From Marsupella aquatica (Eukaryota > Plantae > Marchantiophyta), in assembly GCA_973895155.1 (NCBI GenBank), contig OZ316895.1:20474803-20538802 (forward strand): a DNA stretch of 64,000 bases. The letters run 5' to 3'. A model generated the notes under the pieces. The model had not been told where the DNA came from, searched no databases, and was given only the letters and a program-made list of their open reading frames with translations. Position numbers and translations under genes: made by a program. How positions within the stretch are numbered: position 1 is the first letter of the stretch; every line of letters starts with the position of its first letter. Positions 51,701 through 64,000 of the stretch are shown one piece after another.

Positions 51701-54519
51701 GTGATCATTGCATTTTCGGCAAGAAAACAAGAACTCCATTTCAGACTGCTATTCATCATTCTAAAGTTGTACTTGAGTATATTCATTCCGATATGTGGGG
51801 TCCTGCTCCGGTTTCCTCACATTCAGGCAACCAATACTATGTATCGTTTATCGATGATTACTCAAGGTTTGTTTGGATTTATTTCATTGCCCATAAGTTT
51901 GAAGTGCTTTCCGTCTTCAAACAATGGGTAGCTCAAGTTGAGACACAGATTGCAATGAATGTGAGATATCTACGATCAGATAATGGTGGTGAATACACCT
52001 CTGGCGAGTTCAACACGTATTGTGCAAATAAGGGAATTACTCACCATCTCACAACTGTGTACACTCCTGAGCAAAATGGTGTTGCTGAGCCACTCAACCG
52101 CACATTGTTGGAGCGAGCAAGGAGCATGTTGAGCCACTCTAAATTGCCACAAATCTTTTGGGCGGAAGCTGTGAACATTGTTGCTTATCTAGTAAATCTC
52201 TCTCCTAGTCGAGCAATTACTTACAAAACCCCCTTTGAGTTATGGCACAATCGACCTGCTGATTATTCAAAGCTTAGGGTTTTTGGCTATGAAGCATATG
52301 CACATGTTCCTAGCAACAATAGGACTAAGCTAGATCCTAGAGCCCAGAAATGCATTTTTCTTGGTTATCAGCGTGAAGTTAAAGGTTATCGGTTGTGGGA
52401 TCCAGTTGATTGCAAGTTACTTGTTAGTCGGGATGTATCCTTCAATGAAGAAAAATCATTGAAGGAGGGGGAGATAGATCAATTCCCTACTACTAACAAA
52501 GAGCAATCTCCTCCTCTAGAGGATTTAAGGGGAAAGGATGTGTCAGATGAAGAATATGTTGACACCACTATAAGGCAAAGCACACTACAATCAGATCAGC
52601 CAGAGTCTTCAGTGCGAAGAGGAACTCGCAAACGTCAAGCCCGAGAAAGGTATAGAACTTGGCTTCCTTCTGATCAAGTGGATTTGGATGAAGAATCTAT
52701 TGATGCATTGGTGACAGAAGATGGAGATCCATCCTTATTTCGAGAGGTCCTAGCTTCTATGGAGAAGCAACAATGGCAGGCGGCGATGCGCATGGAAATG
52801 AAATCACTTCATGATAACAAGACTTGGGAACTCACAAGTCTACCTAGTGACAAGCAGGCTGTTGACAGCAAGTGAGTGTATAGAAAGAAAGATGGACCTA
52901 CGGAGGATGCTGAGAAGATATTTAAGGCTCGGTTGGTAGCCAAGGGTTTTACTCAACAGAAAGCGTGTACGATCCATGTGTTTACATCAGGCGTGTGAAC
53001 AACACAGGTTTTAAGTTTGTCATCCTTGTACTTTATGTGGATGACATGCTCATTGCAGCAAAGGATAGGGGCGAAGTTGATAAGCTTAAGGCCCAACTCA
53101 GTTCTAAGTTTAAGATGAAGGACTTGGGCACAGCCAAGAGGATCCTAGGCATGGAGATTGTCAAGGATGTGAACAAAGCCAAACTTTGGCTGACGCAAAA
53201 AAGATATGCTGAGAAGGTGCTCTCAAAATTCAACATGGCAGATGCTAAGGCTGTGAGTGTTCCTTTGGCAAGGCATTTCAATATTTCTGCAGCATTTTGT
53301 CCATCGGATGCAACAGAAAAAAGTTTGATGCCCAAAGTTCCTTATGAAAGTGCTGTGGGCAGTTTAATGTATCTCATGGTATGCACCCGACCAGACATAG
53401 CTTATGCCGTTAGCAAGGTAAGCAGATACATGGCAAATCCAGGAAAAGTCCATTGGGAAGCAGTGAAATGGATTTTGCGCTACATCAGAGGTTCCCCTAA
53501 GAAGGGTTTATTGTTTGATGCAAGTTCAAACAATATGAAAGTGCTTCAAGGTTATGTGGATGCAGACTACGCAGGTGATCTGGATAAGAGGAGATCGACA
53601 ACTGGATATGTATTTACACTTGCTGGTGGATGCATTAGTTGGAAGTCTACTCTCCAAAAGTGTGTTGCAAAGTCTACTATGGATGCCGAGTATGTAGCGG
53701 CAGCAGAAGCAGCATCAGAGACCATTTGGTTGAAAAAGCTTGTCACGGAGATGGGCTTATCACAAGATTGTGTCTATCTTCATTGTGACAGTCAAAGTGC
53801 AATTTACACTACCAAGAATCAGGTGATGGATGGTAGGGTAAAGCACATTGATGTCCGCTATCATTTCATCCGACAGGCATTATCGGATGATGAGTTTGAG
53901 CTTGTCAAGATTGATGGAAAGCTTAATCCAGCGGATGCTTTTACCAAAGTATTAGACTCCAATAGTTTTTCAAGGCATTGTAATTATTTACAAATATTGT
54001 AAATATAGAGTTAACCAAGAAAATGTCTCTATATGAGTACTCCATCCGATGGCTTATCGGCTACGGCTTAGTTCTAGTTAACCCTTGCATTAGGGGGAGG
54101 GTCTTTGGGCCCTACTGTCTTGAACTTCCCGCGGAGGAACTTGTAAGGAAAAGACAATGTTATGAACCCTCCCAAGACGTGAGTCAAGGGGGAGTTTGTA
54201 GAGGTTAACTCAGTCTTGGGTTGAACCATGGTTAGTATGTTAACTGGGGTTAGAGTAAACCCTAATTGAAGAGTTGGTCCTTATCTCTTCAACTTCTATG
54301 TGGTGTGAGAACACACAAGAGAGTTCTCAAGAGAGAACACAGGGATATAGCAAGAGATAAGAGCTTGAAGAGATGAGAGCTATGGTGATGCTTGAGTACA
54401 CACATAACCGCTAATAAAGCTTGGTCTTCCCGTGGACGTAGCCAACCTTGAGGCGAACCACGTAACTATTGAGCACGTGCATGTTTGGAGTGTTTTTCCT
54501 GATCTGATTTCTCCCCACA
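48768..54519 (+). mobile_element. Ty1/copia LTR retrotransposon with both LTRs intact (Tnt1/Tork-like), relatively young but defective
   Basis: 323-bp LTRs at 48768-49090 and 54197-54519 (TGT...ACA) differ at about 7 positions by manual count. TSD AACCA, PBS TGGTATCAGAGC at 49093-49104, PPT AAGGGGGAG just before the 3' LTR. Confidence 0.97.
50263..54002 (+). pseudogene. Copia gag-pol polyprotein with a premature stop and an internal RT deletion
   Basis: ORF 50263-52875 has gag, zinc knuckle CWKCDKVGHMKKDC, protease WILDSACSYHM, LWHARLGHM and integrase DDE, and ends in TGA at the conserved KW of RT. ORF 52965-54002 has LYVDDMLI and RNase H GYVDADYAGD, LHCDSQSA, KHIDVRYHF and NPADAFTK. Confidence 0.95.
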
Positions 54520-55050
54520 AACCAATGGGCTCAATTTGTTTTTAGAGGTACAGTAAGCTAGAGAAATGTGTGGTAAGAATTTGAGCTCAAACTGAGTTAG
54601 GGATAGTGAGCTAAAAATAAAACAATATATACCCTGAACCTGACCTTAAGCCGACCTTGGTTAAGATGGCCATAACTAAACCTACCTTAATTTTCACATT
54701 CTTCTCCTCTAGGGTGAAACTTTACTCCACAATTTCAGCAAAAATGTACTAAAAATGGTGAAACCTGGTGGATCCAGGTTTGGTGATAGACAGTGGCGCT
54801 TAAGCCCAACACACCTTAACCAAAGTTGAAGCCTAGATTAGGCCAACGTCTAGAAGTCAATATAAAGAATCCCAGCTATTTTTTTCCCTACTTAAACCAA
54901 ATGGGCTGAAAATTTTCTGATATGTAGAGGATAGATAGGGGAAAGAGTGGTTAAGATCTGAGCTCAAACTGAGTTTCAGATAGTGAATTAAAAATTAAAC
55001 TATAACCCAACTTGACCTTGAGCCGACCTCAACTAACCAACTTTACGTAA
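54520..55050. repeat. Diverged long-period repeat interrupted by the second copia
   Basis: The motif aatgggct...ttgagctcaaa..gagtt...tgacct..agcc.acct recurs at about 48475-48600, 54524-54660 and 54899-55030. Confidence 0.7.
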
Positions 55051-56795
55051 GCTAACCAAGTCAAAGTCAGAGTCAGAATTCAAATTGTCTGTGTGAATTG
55101 CTAATTTCATTTTTACTGGATAGAAAAAGCATAAAATTATTGGCTGATAAAGTTAACATAACCTCTGGTAAAAGCTAACCAATGGATCTCAGAGTTGATT
55201 GTTAAGAATATGAGGATATAGCCTATTTTTGAAATACCATAGAATACTCAAATTCACTCAACACTTAAGTTCCACTTTAGCAACAAGCATTTGTACTTCC
55301 CCAAGTTGCATTCAACTTCAACTCCATAGAAACCATTTTAGTGTGTTGCGACCTCTATGCCATTTTTTAAACAATAAAACCCAGGGAGGGCGCAGAAGCA
55401 CCCAAGTTTCATCACACATACATCAGATCACATCCTTGATGAAGCTGGAGGCAAACACTAAAGGCCCTTGACAGTGGGACAGAACAAGCCAAGTTTCTAT
55501 CATCTTCATTTAGGAACTGGAATTTGCCCAAGATGTAACAAGCAAAATGGGAAATTCATAAAAAAATTAGTATTACTATATTGAAGTTCAAAGATTAACA
55601 TTATTATTAAACCCATAAATCTTTCTTTTTTGATTGGATCAAAGGAACCTTTACTAATACAAACTAATAAATCAGATATAGTGATGGATCAGTTAAATCG
55701 CCACTAGCCATATAAAAGGGGGAAGTGTCCAAGACTTCTCCCTTTCTCCCTTTCCTCTCATTCTTCTCCTTTCCCATTCCATATTGCTTCACAAATTCAG
55801 GAAAATATACTATTTCTGGTGAAACCTTGTGTAACCAGTTTTTGTCATGGCTAGTGATGGTTTAAATAAAAGTGAAGAAGATTCAAGTATTATGAGAACA
55901 TCTGGGAGGTAACTATTAATGATGTTTGGAAAAGGTAGTGTCACCTAGAGGTATATGCTTGATGGGACGAAGGGACGTAATCCACCCATGAAGGATTTGT
56001 TACCTACTAGGATCCCTCTTAATGAGTCATACATATTGTTCTTCTAAATGGGGGAACTACACATTTTTTGGCTTCAGCTTACCACGTCGTTGTGCAGTTT
56101 TGTTCTATAATTTACCAAGTCGCTCTTTTTGTGGTCAGGGTTGCCCTTTGCAATTTCCTACAACAGTCTTTTGCTGTCGTTTGGTGAAGACATTATGGTT
56201 TATGTCTTCAAATCAATTAGGGTTTGGTAGTGGCACTTCCGTCTTGTTGGTTTTAGGTGCAATCATTGTTTTGTCATGGATTTTGGTATTTTCACAATAC
56301 GGGTGGAGCATTGATGATTTCTTGTGGGCTTAGGCTTTTGATTAATGCTTAGTGATGTGGTGACTTTCAAGAGGCTCTTGCAATCTGTTTCATGAACAGG
56401 ACTTGTCAATGATGGCATACATCCCTATCCCTATCGTATATTGACCATCTAAGGTTGGGTCTCATTTCTAACAGTGTTGTTCGTTGATCAGGCACGGTTC
56501 ACCATAAATTTCACAATAGTTGTTATTGGTCACAGTAGCAAGCAAAAACGTTATAGAAGTGTACAAGAACTTCTGACACAAAAGTGTTAGAGGGGTCATA
56601 GTTGGTAACAATACTTTCAAAGTGTCCTCTCAGGTAAAAATGTTCTGCCAGGGGTCCTTTCAAGCATATACCTCTGTCACCTAGCACAGCCATAAAACAC
56701 AATTAAAAGCTAGGATAAGGGCCTACAATCTAGAGTGAAGGCTCTAGAGTGCAACTCTAGGGGACATAGGTACGGTTGGAAGCAGAACTGGAAAT

Positions 56796-57010
56796 GACCA
56801 TAATGGTATTTACCATCTATTCTGAGCTTGGGCATAATGGTACTTACCATCTATTCTCTGAGCTTGGGCATTCAGGCTAGTATTCTACACTAGCAAAGAA
56901 CTTAGCCTCGTGAAGACCATAATGGTGCTCACCATCTATTATGAGGGCTATTATGAGTGCATTCAGGCCAGTGTACCTACACTAGCAAAGAACTTAGCCT
57001 CCTTGTGAAG
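56796..57010. repeat. Nested short tandem duplications
   Basis: cataatggt..t.accatctatt occurs three times and gcattcaggc.agt...ctacactagcaaagaacttagcctc twice. Confidence 0.8.
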
Positions 57011-57922
57011 GCGATGCAAAATAACAGACCATGGAGGTAACAACCATCAAATAAGACCTATACAGCTTCCCCAAGGTGCAGCAAGAGGGAAGGCTCGGTA
57101 GAGTGAAGCAGGACCCCAGAACCAGGATGAAGTGCCACCGTTTCTTCAAGAGACCACCAAACCACGAGGGGCTGTGTTGCGAGATTTGCATGAACTGCTC
57201 GTGTAGCTTGACAATGTTTAGAAAATCATTTGTTCTCAACAGATAGTTAAGAGCTTGCCTTTGGTCTTGGACGCAAGAACTCTCGTTGATCCACCCTAAA
57301 ACCTGTATTTTGGAGTTTTGCACTGAACAGCTCATGCAAATTCCCTAGGAAAATTCCAATAGCCACATAGAGGGAAATTGTCTCTATATCAGGTCAGAAA
57401 GGTAAGCTTAATTGCTTTGGGGACACTGGGGGTTTAATGACACCAACAGTGTTTACCACTCATGGCAAAGGGATTGTTTCAGGTCAGCCGTGCACTACAT
57501 GCTAAGTGCCAAACTGATGAGAATCCTTAGAGGTTTGCAAGCATACAAATTCGTTGACACATCTTGTCAGATCTCAGTAATCTGAAATTCTAGAGCTTCA
57601 TGAGCAATATGATATGACAAGCCAGAAACAGAAACAGAAGCAGAAGCAGAAGCAGAAGCACTCTCAACTAGGAGAAAGCAAAGAGTGTAAGATACCAAAC
57701 ACATCATATAATTGCTTCCTATGACCATATCAAATACGAGACACATTCTGAGTGATTAAAACATTTAGTGCATGAGAAGAGAAAGCAGAATCAAAAGAGA
57801 AAGCATTTTGAAAAGCATTTCTGGAACTGCAAGGTGAAAGGAACTCTCGTCCCCCAAATATCAGAAAAACTCAGTCACGTCCGAGACCGTTCAATCTGCA
57901 TCATACCGCAATTTGAAGACTG

Positions 57923-57950
57923 TAAACCCTAAACCCTAATCCCTAAACCT
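57923..57950. repeat. Short telomere-like (CCCTAAA) tract / telo-box
   Basis: taaaccctaaaccctaatccctaaacct. Confidence 0.7.
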
Positions 57951-58380
57951 ATTCGTCAGAATAGTGCAAGTAGGACGGCCAGGCGCATTATTTGCACACA
58001 TTGTTAACAGCCAAGGGTGGCGTAAAAATGTTCCTAGTTCAGCTTGAGAACTTACAAGTTGTACGGAATCAGCTTTGTTTTCATTAACACGGCTTCTTCG
58101 GCAACAGAAAGTAAGCAAAAAAATGTGTCTGTAAAGAAGTGGGTGGCACTGTCAGGTCAATAGACCCCCCGTATGAGTCCTGCCCACCCAGATTTTAAAC
58201 GATATCAACAGAATCAATTCTCAGCATATTAAAAAGGAACTGTAAACAATACTGTCCGGAAATCGGGGTAGCTCGTAGAGGATTCCAATGAAATTCTTGC
58301 TTAATGTGAGGAGCTGAGAATTGTTTTTGATCCCCATTCACAAACCAGCACCGACAACTGCTTGCACTGCATCTTGAGCA

Positions 58381-59570
58381 CTAATCAGACGAACTGGATG
58401 TAGACAGTCTACTCTGACGTGCTTTCTCTGCTGCGTCCATATAGTCTGCATGGTTCTGATGCTTTGAACCTGTCACGGAAACACATATTCTAGATCAGAC
58501 TACGGAGGCGAGAGTTCCAAAACATGTGCCAGGTGCCAGTCAAAAACTCTCATCAAACTCTTAGCTTATTTTGTTCTACAGGGTATACCCTCCATAGATT
58601 GTCTTTAAGATGCGTTTAAATGGAGAAACAGGTGTGCTATCCTATTGCCCCACTGGTATGAACTTTCGCTCCTATACTTGCCATCAGTCTGCATATTCCA
58701 ACTACGACCTTTCAGAGACTCCCCTGTAGAATAGTAGTGGGCATACCCAAAGTACACATCTTCTCGTAACTCTGTTATCTAATTCGTCAGCTGGCGGCAG
58801 GCCTTTCAATTTCCCACAAGGTAAAACTCTCTTAGAAGACGCCAGATTCAGAAATAGAACAAAAACGCTCCAATGAATGCATAACCACAAATTAGAGGAT
58901 CCTTACACCCACAAAACCCGTTTTCGCTAGCAAATGGACGGAAATCTGGAGCCCTTAATCATTATACACAAATCCCATACGGAGTGCGATGTTTTCAAAT
59001 ACAAATTTAGAGCTCCTCCCACAAACCCTAGACACTCTGGGGACAGATCAAAACGGTAATACAATCAGAGTAAACAATATGAACTATCACAGATTCACAA
59101 TCACTGCAAGTAACCAAGAATCAACGTCCACATGGAACGAACGGATCAGGCACATATTTTATGCTTCGCAATCCTTGCCAGGTAACGCCGAGAAAACGAA
59201 ACACGGAGAAGAGCAGAAATTGAAGAGATTCAAACAAACGATACGACAGCTCAGATGAGATGAGAGGACATCCATCACTGAGGAGGGAGGGAAGGAAGCG
59301 TGACAGTTAACAGCATCATGTGTGAGGAAGTAAAAGGGGGAAGAAATTCAAACCTGAAGTGAGAAGGAACCAGGGAGCGCACGTCACAGCCGAAAAGATC
59401 AGAAGGCCAACGAACACATGCTTTCTACTTCCACTGTAAAGATAGGTGTGAAACCGCGAAGGGGGCAATTTCGTAACACCTCCTTGGCGTACTGCTGCTG
59501 CTGCTGCTTCTGGCGTCGGCACCGGGGATGATGCAACCGACCCAAGTCCAGGCTGGTCCGGTCCTGGCAT
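58381..59570 (-). CDS. Small single-pass membrane protein of unknown function, 101 aa, 2 coding exons
   Basis: Exons complement(59354-59570, 58381-58469) with a phase-1 GT-AG intron give MPGPDQ...SRFHTYLYSGSRKHVFVGLLIFSAVTCAPWFLLTSGSKHQNHADYMDAAEKARQSRLSTSSSSD*. This resembles a conserved plant family with LYSG..KHV / PW / GSKHQSHQDY..KADKAR..RLS motifs (recalled, not searched). Confidence 0.85.
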
Positions 59571-61968
59571 GAGTGCAATCCTTCCTTCTGTCCGTCCAAC
59601 AATTGAACCACGGGAACCTTCTAAGCAGTCAGTCTTTGCAATTCCTTGTGTAGAGACTTCAACAGCTCGGCTGCCTGGTTTCGTTTGGTAAGTTTGTGGG
59701 TGCAATCCTGTGCAACCCAACCAATCAATCACAGAAAGTTCTAATCGGTCCTCCTTCACTCTCCAGTTCAGTGAACTACGAGATCTGAAAGGAAGCGTTT
59801 CTATAAGTTTTATATAAACGGTTCAATCTCAGATATGCACTTTATTCTCTCAAATACAGACTTCAAACTCTGGGAACTTGGTGCTAGGATGGACCATAAT
59901 TCTTGACCTCCATATTTGCATGGATCGAACACTTTTTGACACCCAAAACCTGGAACGTTTATGCCCCAAAGTAAGTGTTAACTAAGTAATAAGTAACATT
60001 TCCCAACAATCCGCGTGAGTTGTGACAACCTGTGTCCTTATGCTCTTTTGGTTGCTTTGGTTGGTCTCCCCTTCTCTTCCTTGAATGCATATTTTATTGC
60101 GAGAATCAAACCCAAGTGACTCTAGAATGTGGAAGAGCCTTGGTGGGGAATTCATTTATTCTTGCCTATTTGGTCTCACCATTCAATGCTGCCTGTTATC
60201 ACAATTTGCCTGCCCATAGTGCACAAAAAGTGAAGAGATAGGGAGCCTTCACATTTCCAAATGCTACCTATATTTGCAAATCCAAATAAGTGCAGAGCTT
60301 GCTCAACATTAATAGTCCCAGCAAGCCTAACCCAGAGGAAGCAATCTTTATTGTGACCAGTGCTGGGCAAGGGAGGTTCCAAGTTCAAGCATCATAAGTT
60401 GATCAACTATTGCACAAACCTCATCAATCTGGGGTTCACCAGAGCCTTTTGTGCCCAAAAGGTTTGACACTAAGAAAATTGGAGATCACTCTCTTATCAC
60501 TTTAATGGAAAGGGGCAAGGGCAGCATGGAAGAGTTGGATCCAAGGGTTGCAATAAATGTATTTCCCATGAACAGTCAACCTGAATGACTAGAGGGCAGC
60601 CCACAACGCACTTCAATTCAAGAGCCCTACAATAGCTGACTAGAACAGGACCCAAGTAGGACAGAGTGGAATCCAGTAGAACCAGCTTTAGGGCCCATTT
60701 TATTTGATTGCCTGCTTACAAGACCAAGAGGTCATCATAAATTGAGTTGCCTTCCAAGGAAGGCACAAGAAAAAATGGAGATTTTATGTTGGAAAAACAC
60801 ACAAGACATACCACATCTTGTAAGTGGTACATGTGGCACCATCTAATTGGTATTCTAGTCAATTTAGGAAATATCTTGCTTAGAGTCTCCCCCAGTGGTT
60901 ATGTATTAGTTCTGCTACACCAAATAGGCAAGGTAAGATAGTTCGAAAATAACTATCAAGAGATTCCTAGAATATCTCCTAAGGTTCCTTTTGAGTTATA
61001 CATTTATTTAGTGTATCATATTGCAAGGTTGTTATGCAGTTGCCCCTCAGCAAAAACAATCTTCCATCTGGACCATGGGATTTCTCCATCAACATGTTTT
61101 TTTTGTAAAAGCTCTAAGCTCTATATATCACAGGCAAAAGTCACCACCCAACAAAGGGACATGGAGGCCAACTGGCCATCAGCTAAAGCCAGAGTGGACG
61201 CCGCAGTGTCACAAGGACAACCTGGGATGCTGAGTTAGCAACTAGGGACAATCTTGGGTCTCAAATGGGACAAACCTTAGTCAGCCACAGTTTGTTGGTT
61301 AATCAAGCTGTGGATGGAAGGGGGCTCTGAGCAGGGAAGCAGATGGTGTTCTCCATCAACATTATCGACAGGTTTCAAGGATGTCACTCCACAGCGGTCC
61401 ATACGTTTCACATATTTAGTCATTACTTAGGGGGCTCACTTTGTGATCATTTGTTTGATGCAAATGACCAAGCGCTAAAGGCTGGGCTAATACTTCTACT
61501 GATGTAGGATAGCACAATCAAGTAGTCGAACGTGACGTTGTAGAAGGGAGATGCATTCAGCCCAGAATGATCAAAATGATTTTGTACAGCTCACTTCGGT
61601 CTCTGTGGTTTTCAGATTAGTTGGAGCTTCTAACATCCCTCGTTGGAACTTGTAGGTGAGTCAGTTCCTCGTGCTCCGGTCATCCACCTTTGGAGGCTTG
61701 CATGTGACCTCATACAGAGCTCTGGGATTAATGGTTTGGAGCGATCACAGTTTTCACTCAAATTCTTTTCACTCCTCGAATTGCGTTTGGAGATAATGCT
61801 CTAACCAACATCTGATCATGCATTCATCGTAATTGCTTAAATACATTACATTACCCTCTTGTGTGAGTAAATTGTCCCACTTTTGTCCATGAAAACAAGG
61901 AAACTCGCTCAAGTATCACAGGTGATCGGGTATATCAATCAAAAGTATGGGGTTTCAGAATTTTAGTC

Positions 61969-63986
61969 TCACATGAAAGTTTGGTCATGCTCTATTCGAT
62001 GGGACATTCTCTGTGGCCATTTCCTAGCTTTTGTCTCAAAGACTGCATCACTGCAGCCATATAAGGTGTTCAGTGACAGAGTCTCACAAAGTTGTCCGAC
62101 ATATTGATGGCGAAATATTATGCGTTTGGACAAGCTGTAGCTGAAGTACTGAGGGAACTGAACAACCTCTTCTTTGGATCGTTTCATCACATCTACTAAG
62201 TATGCATACTTTGGTGCCAACCCTGTCTCCACACGAAATCCCAGGAGCGAGGGCAATTTCTTGACCATGGCTGTGATTTCATCCCTTGTAAACCCGAGGT
62301 TGACAAGATAAGAAACCGTCGGCTCGAGATTCTTCTCGACGCTCAAGGTTAGCAATTGGGGGTGTCTAGTCACCAACTTAGCCAGGTCTTCCTCCTTGAT
62401 ATGGAGATTTTCAAGAAACTTTATATTGGACTTCAACTTCCCCTCCACATTGTAAGCCAGGACCATTGGCTTCAGTTTCAGAATCTTGACGAGCGATGAT
62501 CCTGTGATTCCAATGCTCGCAAGAAACTCGATGGTTGGTTTCAGGTTGTTCCCAACACTCAAACCCAGAAGTTGGGGAGCATTGTAAATAACCTTCCCCA
62601 AATCTTTCTGCTCAAGCCCCAAACTCAGAAGAAAATCCAATTTGAGCTCGAAAACGTGCCGATTCTTTAATAGCTGAGGATGCCTCCTAAACAGCTTGCC
62701 TATTAGATCTGAGTCAACACCTAACCTTTCCAGGTAATGCACAGTTGGGCGGAAGTCCTGCTCAAGACTGTAACTAAACAGCTGAGGAAAGGACATAAGA
62801 ATCTTGTCAATGTCATCTGCACTTGCGTTGAGGGTCTGGAGGTAATTCCCAACGGGTGCCAAATCCTTCTCGACATCGCTATCCAGCAGCAATGGTCTTC
62901 GAAGCAGGAGGGTGCCAATGTGTTTCTTTTGTACCCCCAGTTGTTCCAAGTAGGTGACGAGGGGATCCAACTTATCCGAAGCGTTTTCTGTGAGAAGAAT
63001 AGGATACCTAACGACCAACTTCTTGACATCCTTAATATTTACGCCTAGATTTTCCAGGACTTCTACGGAACTCTGCAGCTCTTTCTCCACATTCCGACCG
63101 AGAATTTGAGGAAACTTGATGACCATCTTACCAACATCTTTGTGGGCTACCCCAAGGCCCACTAGATAGTCAACATTGTGGGCTAAAGTGTCACACTGGT
63201 AAGAAAGCAACTCTGGCCATCTTTCCAGTATCACGGGCAGATGGTTGTACTTCACTCCCAGGCTTCTCAAGAACTCTACTTTGGCCATCGCCATGTCAAT
63301 TCCCTGCTCCAAAAAAGGTAGCATTCTAGGAACGTTCTGGGCCTTCATGCCAATGATCTGGAAGTAGGAGACCAACCTCCCTAGCTCCCTCTTTCCTGCA
63401 CAATCTTTCACTCTCGAAGCGAGTGTGTTGATCTCATGCCACACTATGCTTTTCTTGTCCTTCACCTGTGGCTCAGAACCACCTGCAGAGATTTCCAATA
63501 ATTTGTTGATCTTCTTCTCTCTCTCGATATCTGCAGCTGAATCGCCATAGCTATGTCTCAGAAAAGTTCGCGGTGGTTCGATAGTGATTGAAGCGCTCTC
63601 ACCCTCAGCACCCTCCAAGTAAGTAAATGCTTCACTTTTATCTAAAGGGAAGACATCTTGTACGAGCATTTCCTGGGCCTCCACAAATAGATCATCAATG
63701 AGCCCCCCACCGTATCTGACAAACTCAAATGCATAACCCGGAGTCACTCCCTTCTGCTCCAGGTGATCCAATAGCCCACTCATAGCCTCAAATCTCTCCT
63801 GACGAGTAAAGATGGTTGACCCTTCAAGCGCCTCCGCTTCTCTCTCCAGAAGCGTTGGTGGTTGGTCACTGACAGCATTCGTGGACGGGACAGAAGGCGG
63901 CGAGACAATGAGGTCTTGGATATTGTCGAACTCGTATTTCTCTGAAGTTTTCCTGCCATCTCTGCTACTATTGGCTGGGACATAGT
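61969..63986 (-). CDS. mTERF family protein (organellar transcription termination / RNA-binding factor), 5'-partial
   Basis: A long ORF has tandem repeats of about 36 aa (e.g. PTVHYLERLGVDSDLIGKLFRRHPQLL) and the C-terminal FPQYFSYSL.KRI..RH motif. The frame stays open upstream of ATG 63783 to a splice acceptor (ctttgcag) at 63987, so the first exon lies beyond the window. Confidence 0.93.
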
Positions 63987-64000
63987 CTGCAAAGGAGGCA

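Noticed and set aside
57512-57590. C/D box snoRNA on the plus strand
   Set aside because: Box-like words are present, but there is no terminal stem or identifiable guide; this is consistent with chance.
58490-58560. Intronic C/D box snoRNA on the minus strand (TGATGA...CTGA)
   Set aside because: It is short, has no convincing terminal stem or recognisable rRNA-complementary guide, and lies very close to the 3' splice site.

Overview
This is eukaryotic nuclear DNA from a land plant, with GT-AG introns and Ty1/copia elements. The CRE-like LINE remnant and intron-rich gene structures suggest a seed-free plant such as a bryophyte or lycophyte (inference). Five protein-coding genes, all on the minus strand, were reconstructed by hand: a 5-exon plastid WCRKC thioredoxin-like gene (707-2890), a 2-exon IMK2/IMK3-like LRR-III receptor-like kinase (20395-24109), a multi-exon coiled-coil gene (about 43625-47050), a 2-exon 101-aa single-TM protein (58381-59570) and a 5'-partial mTERF (61969-63986). 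The rest is largely transposon-derived. It includes two complete but defective copia elements with LTRs, PBS, PPT and TSDs (8003-14569 and 48768-54519), solo and truncated LTRs, a tRNA-derived SINE, a TIR element with a 4-bp TSD, a CRE-like LINE 3' fragment and many tandem duplications. No new biological system can be demonstrated from the sequence alone. The best leads are the CRE-like insertion bounded by a 26-bp direct repeat, the AAAT-targeting MITE, a possible mTERF/small-protein shared transcript, a palindrome-bearing 125-bp array, and a 7-kb ORF-free stretch rich in splice signals. All coordinates and counts were read by eye.
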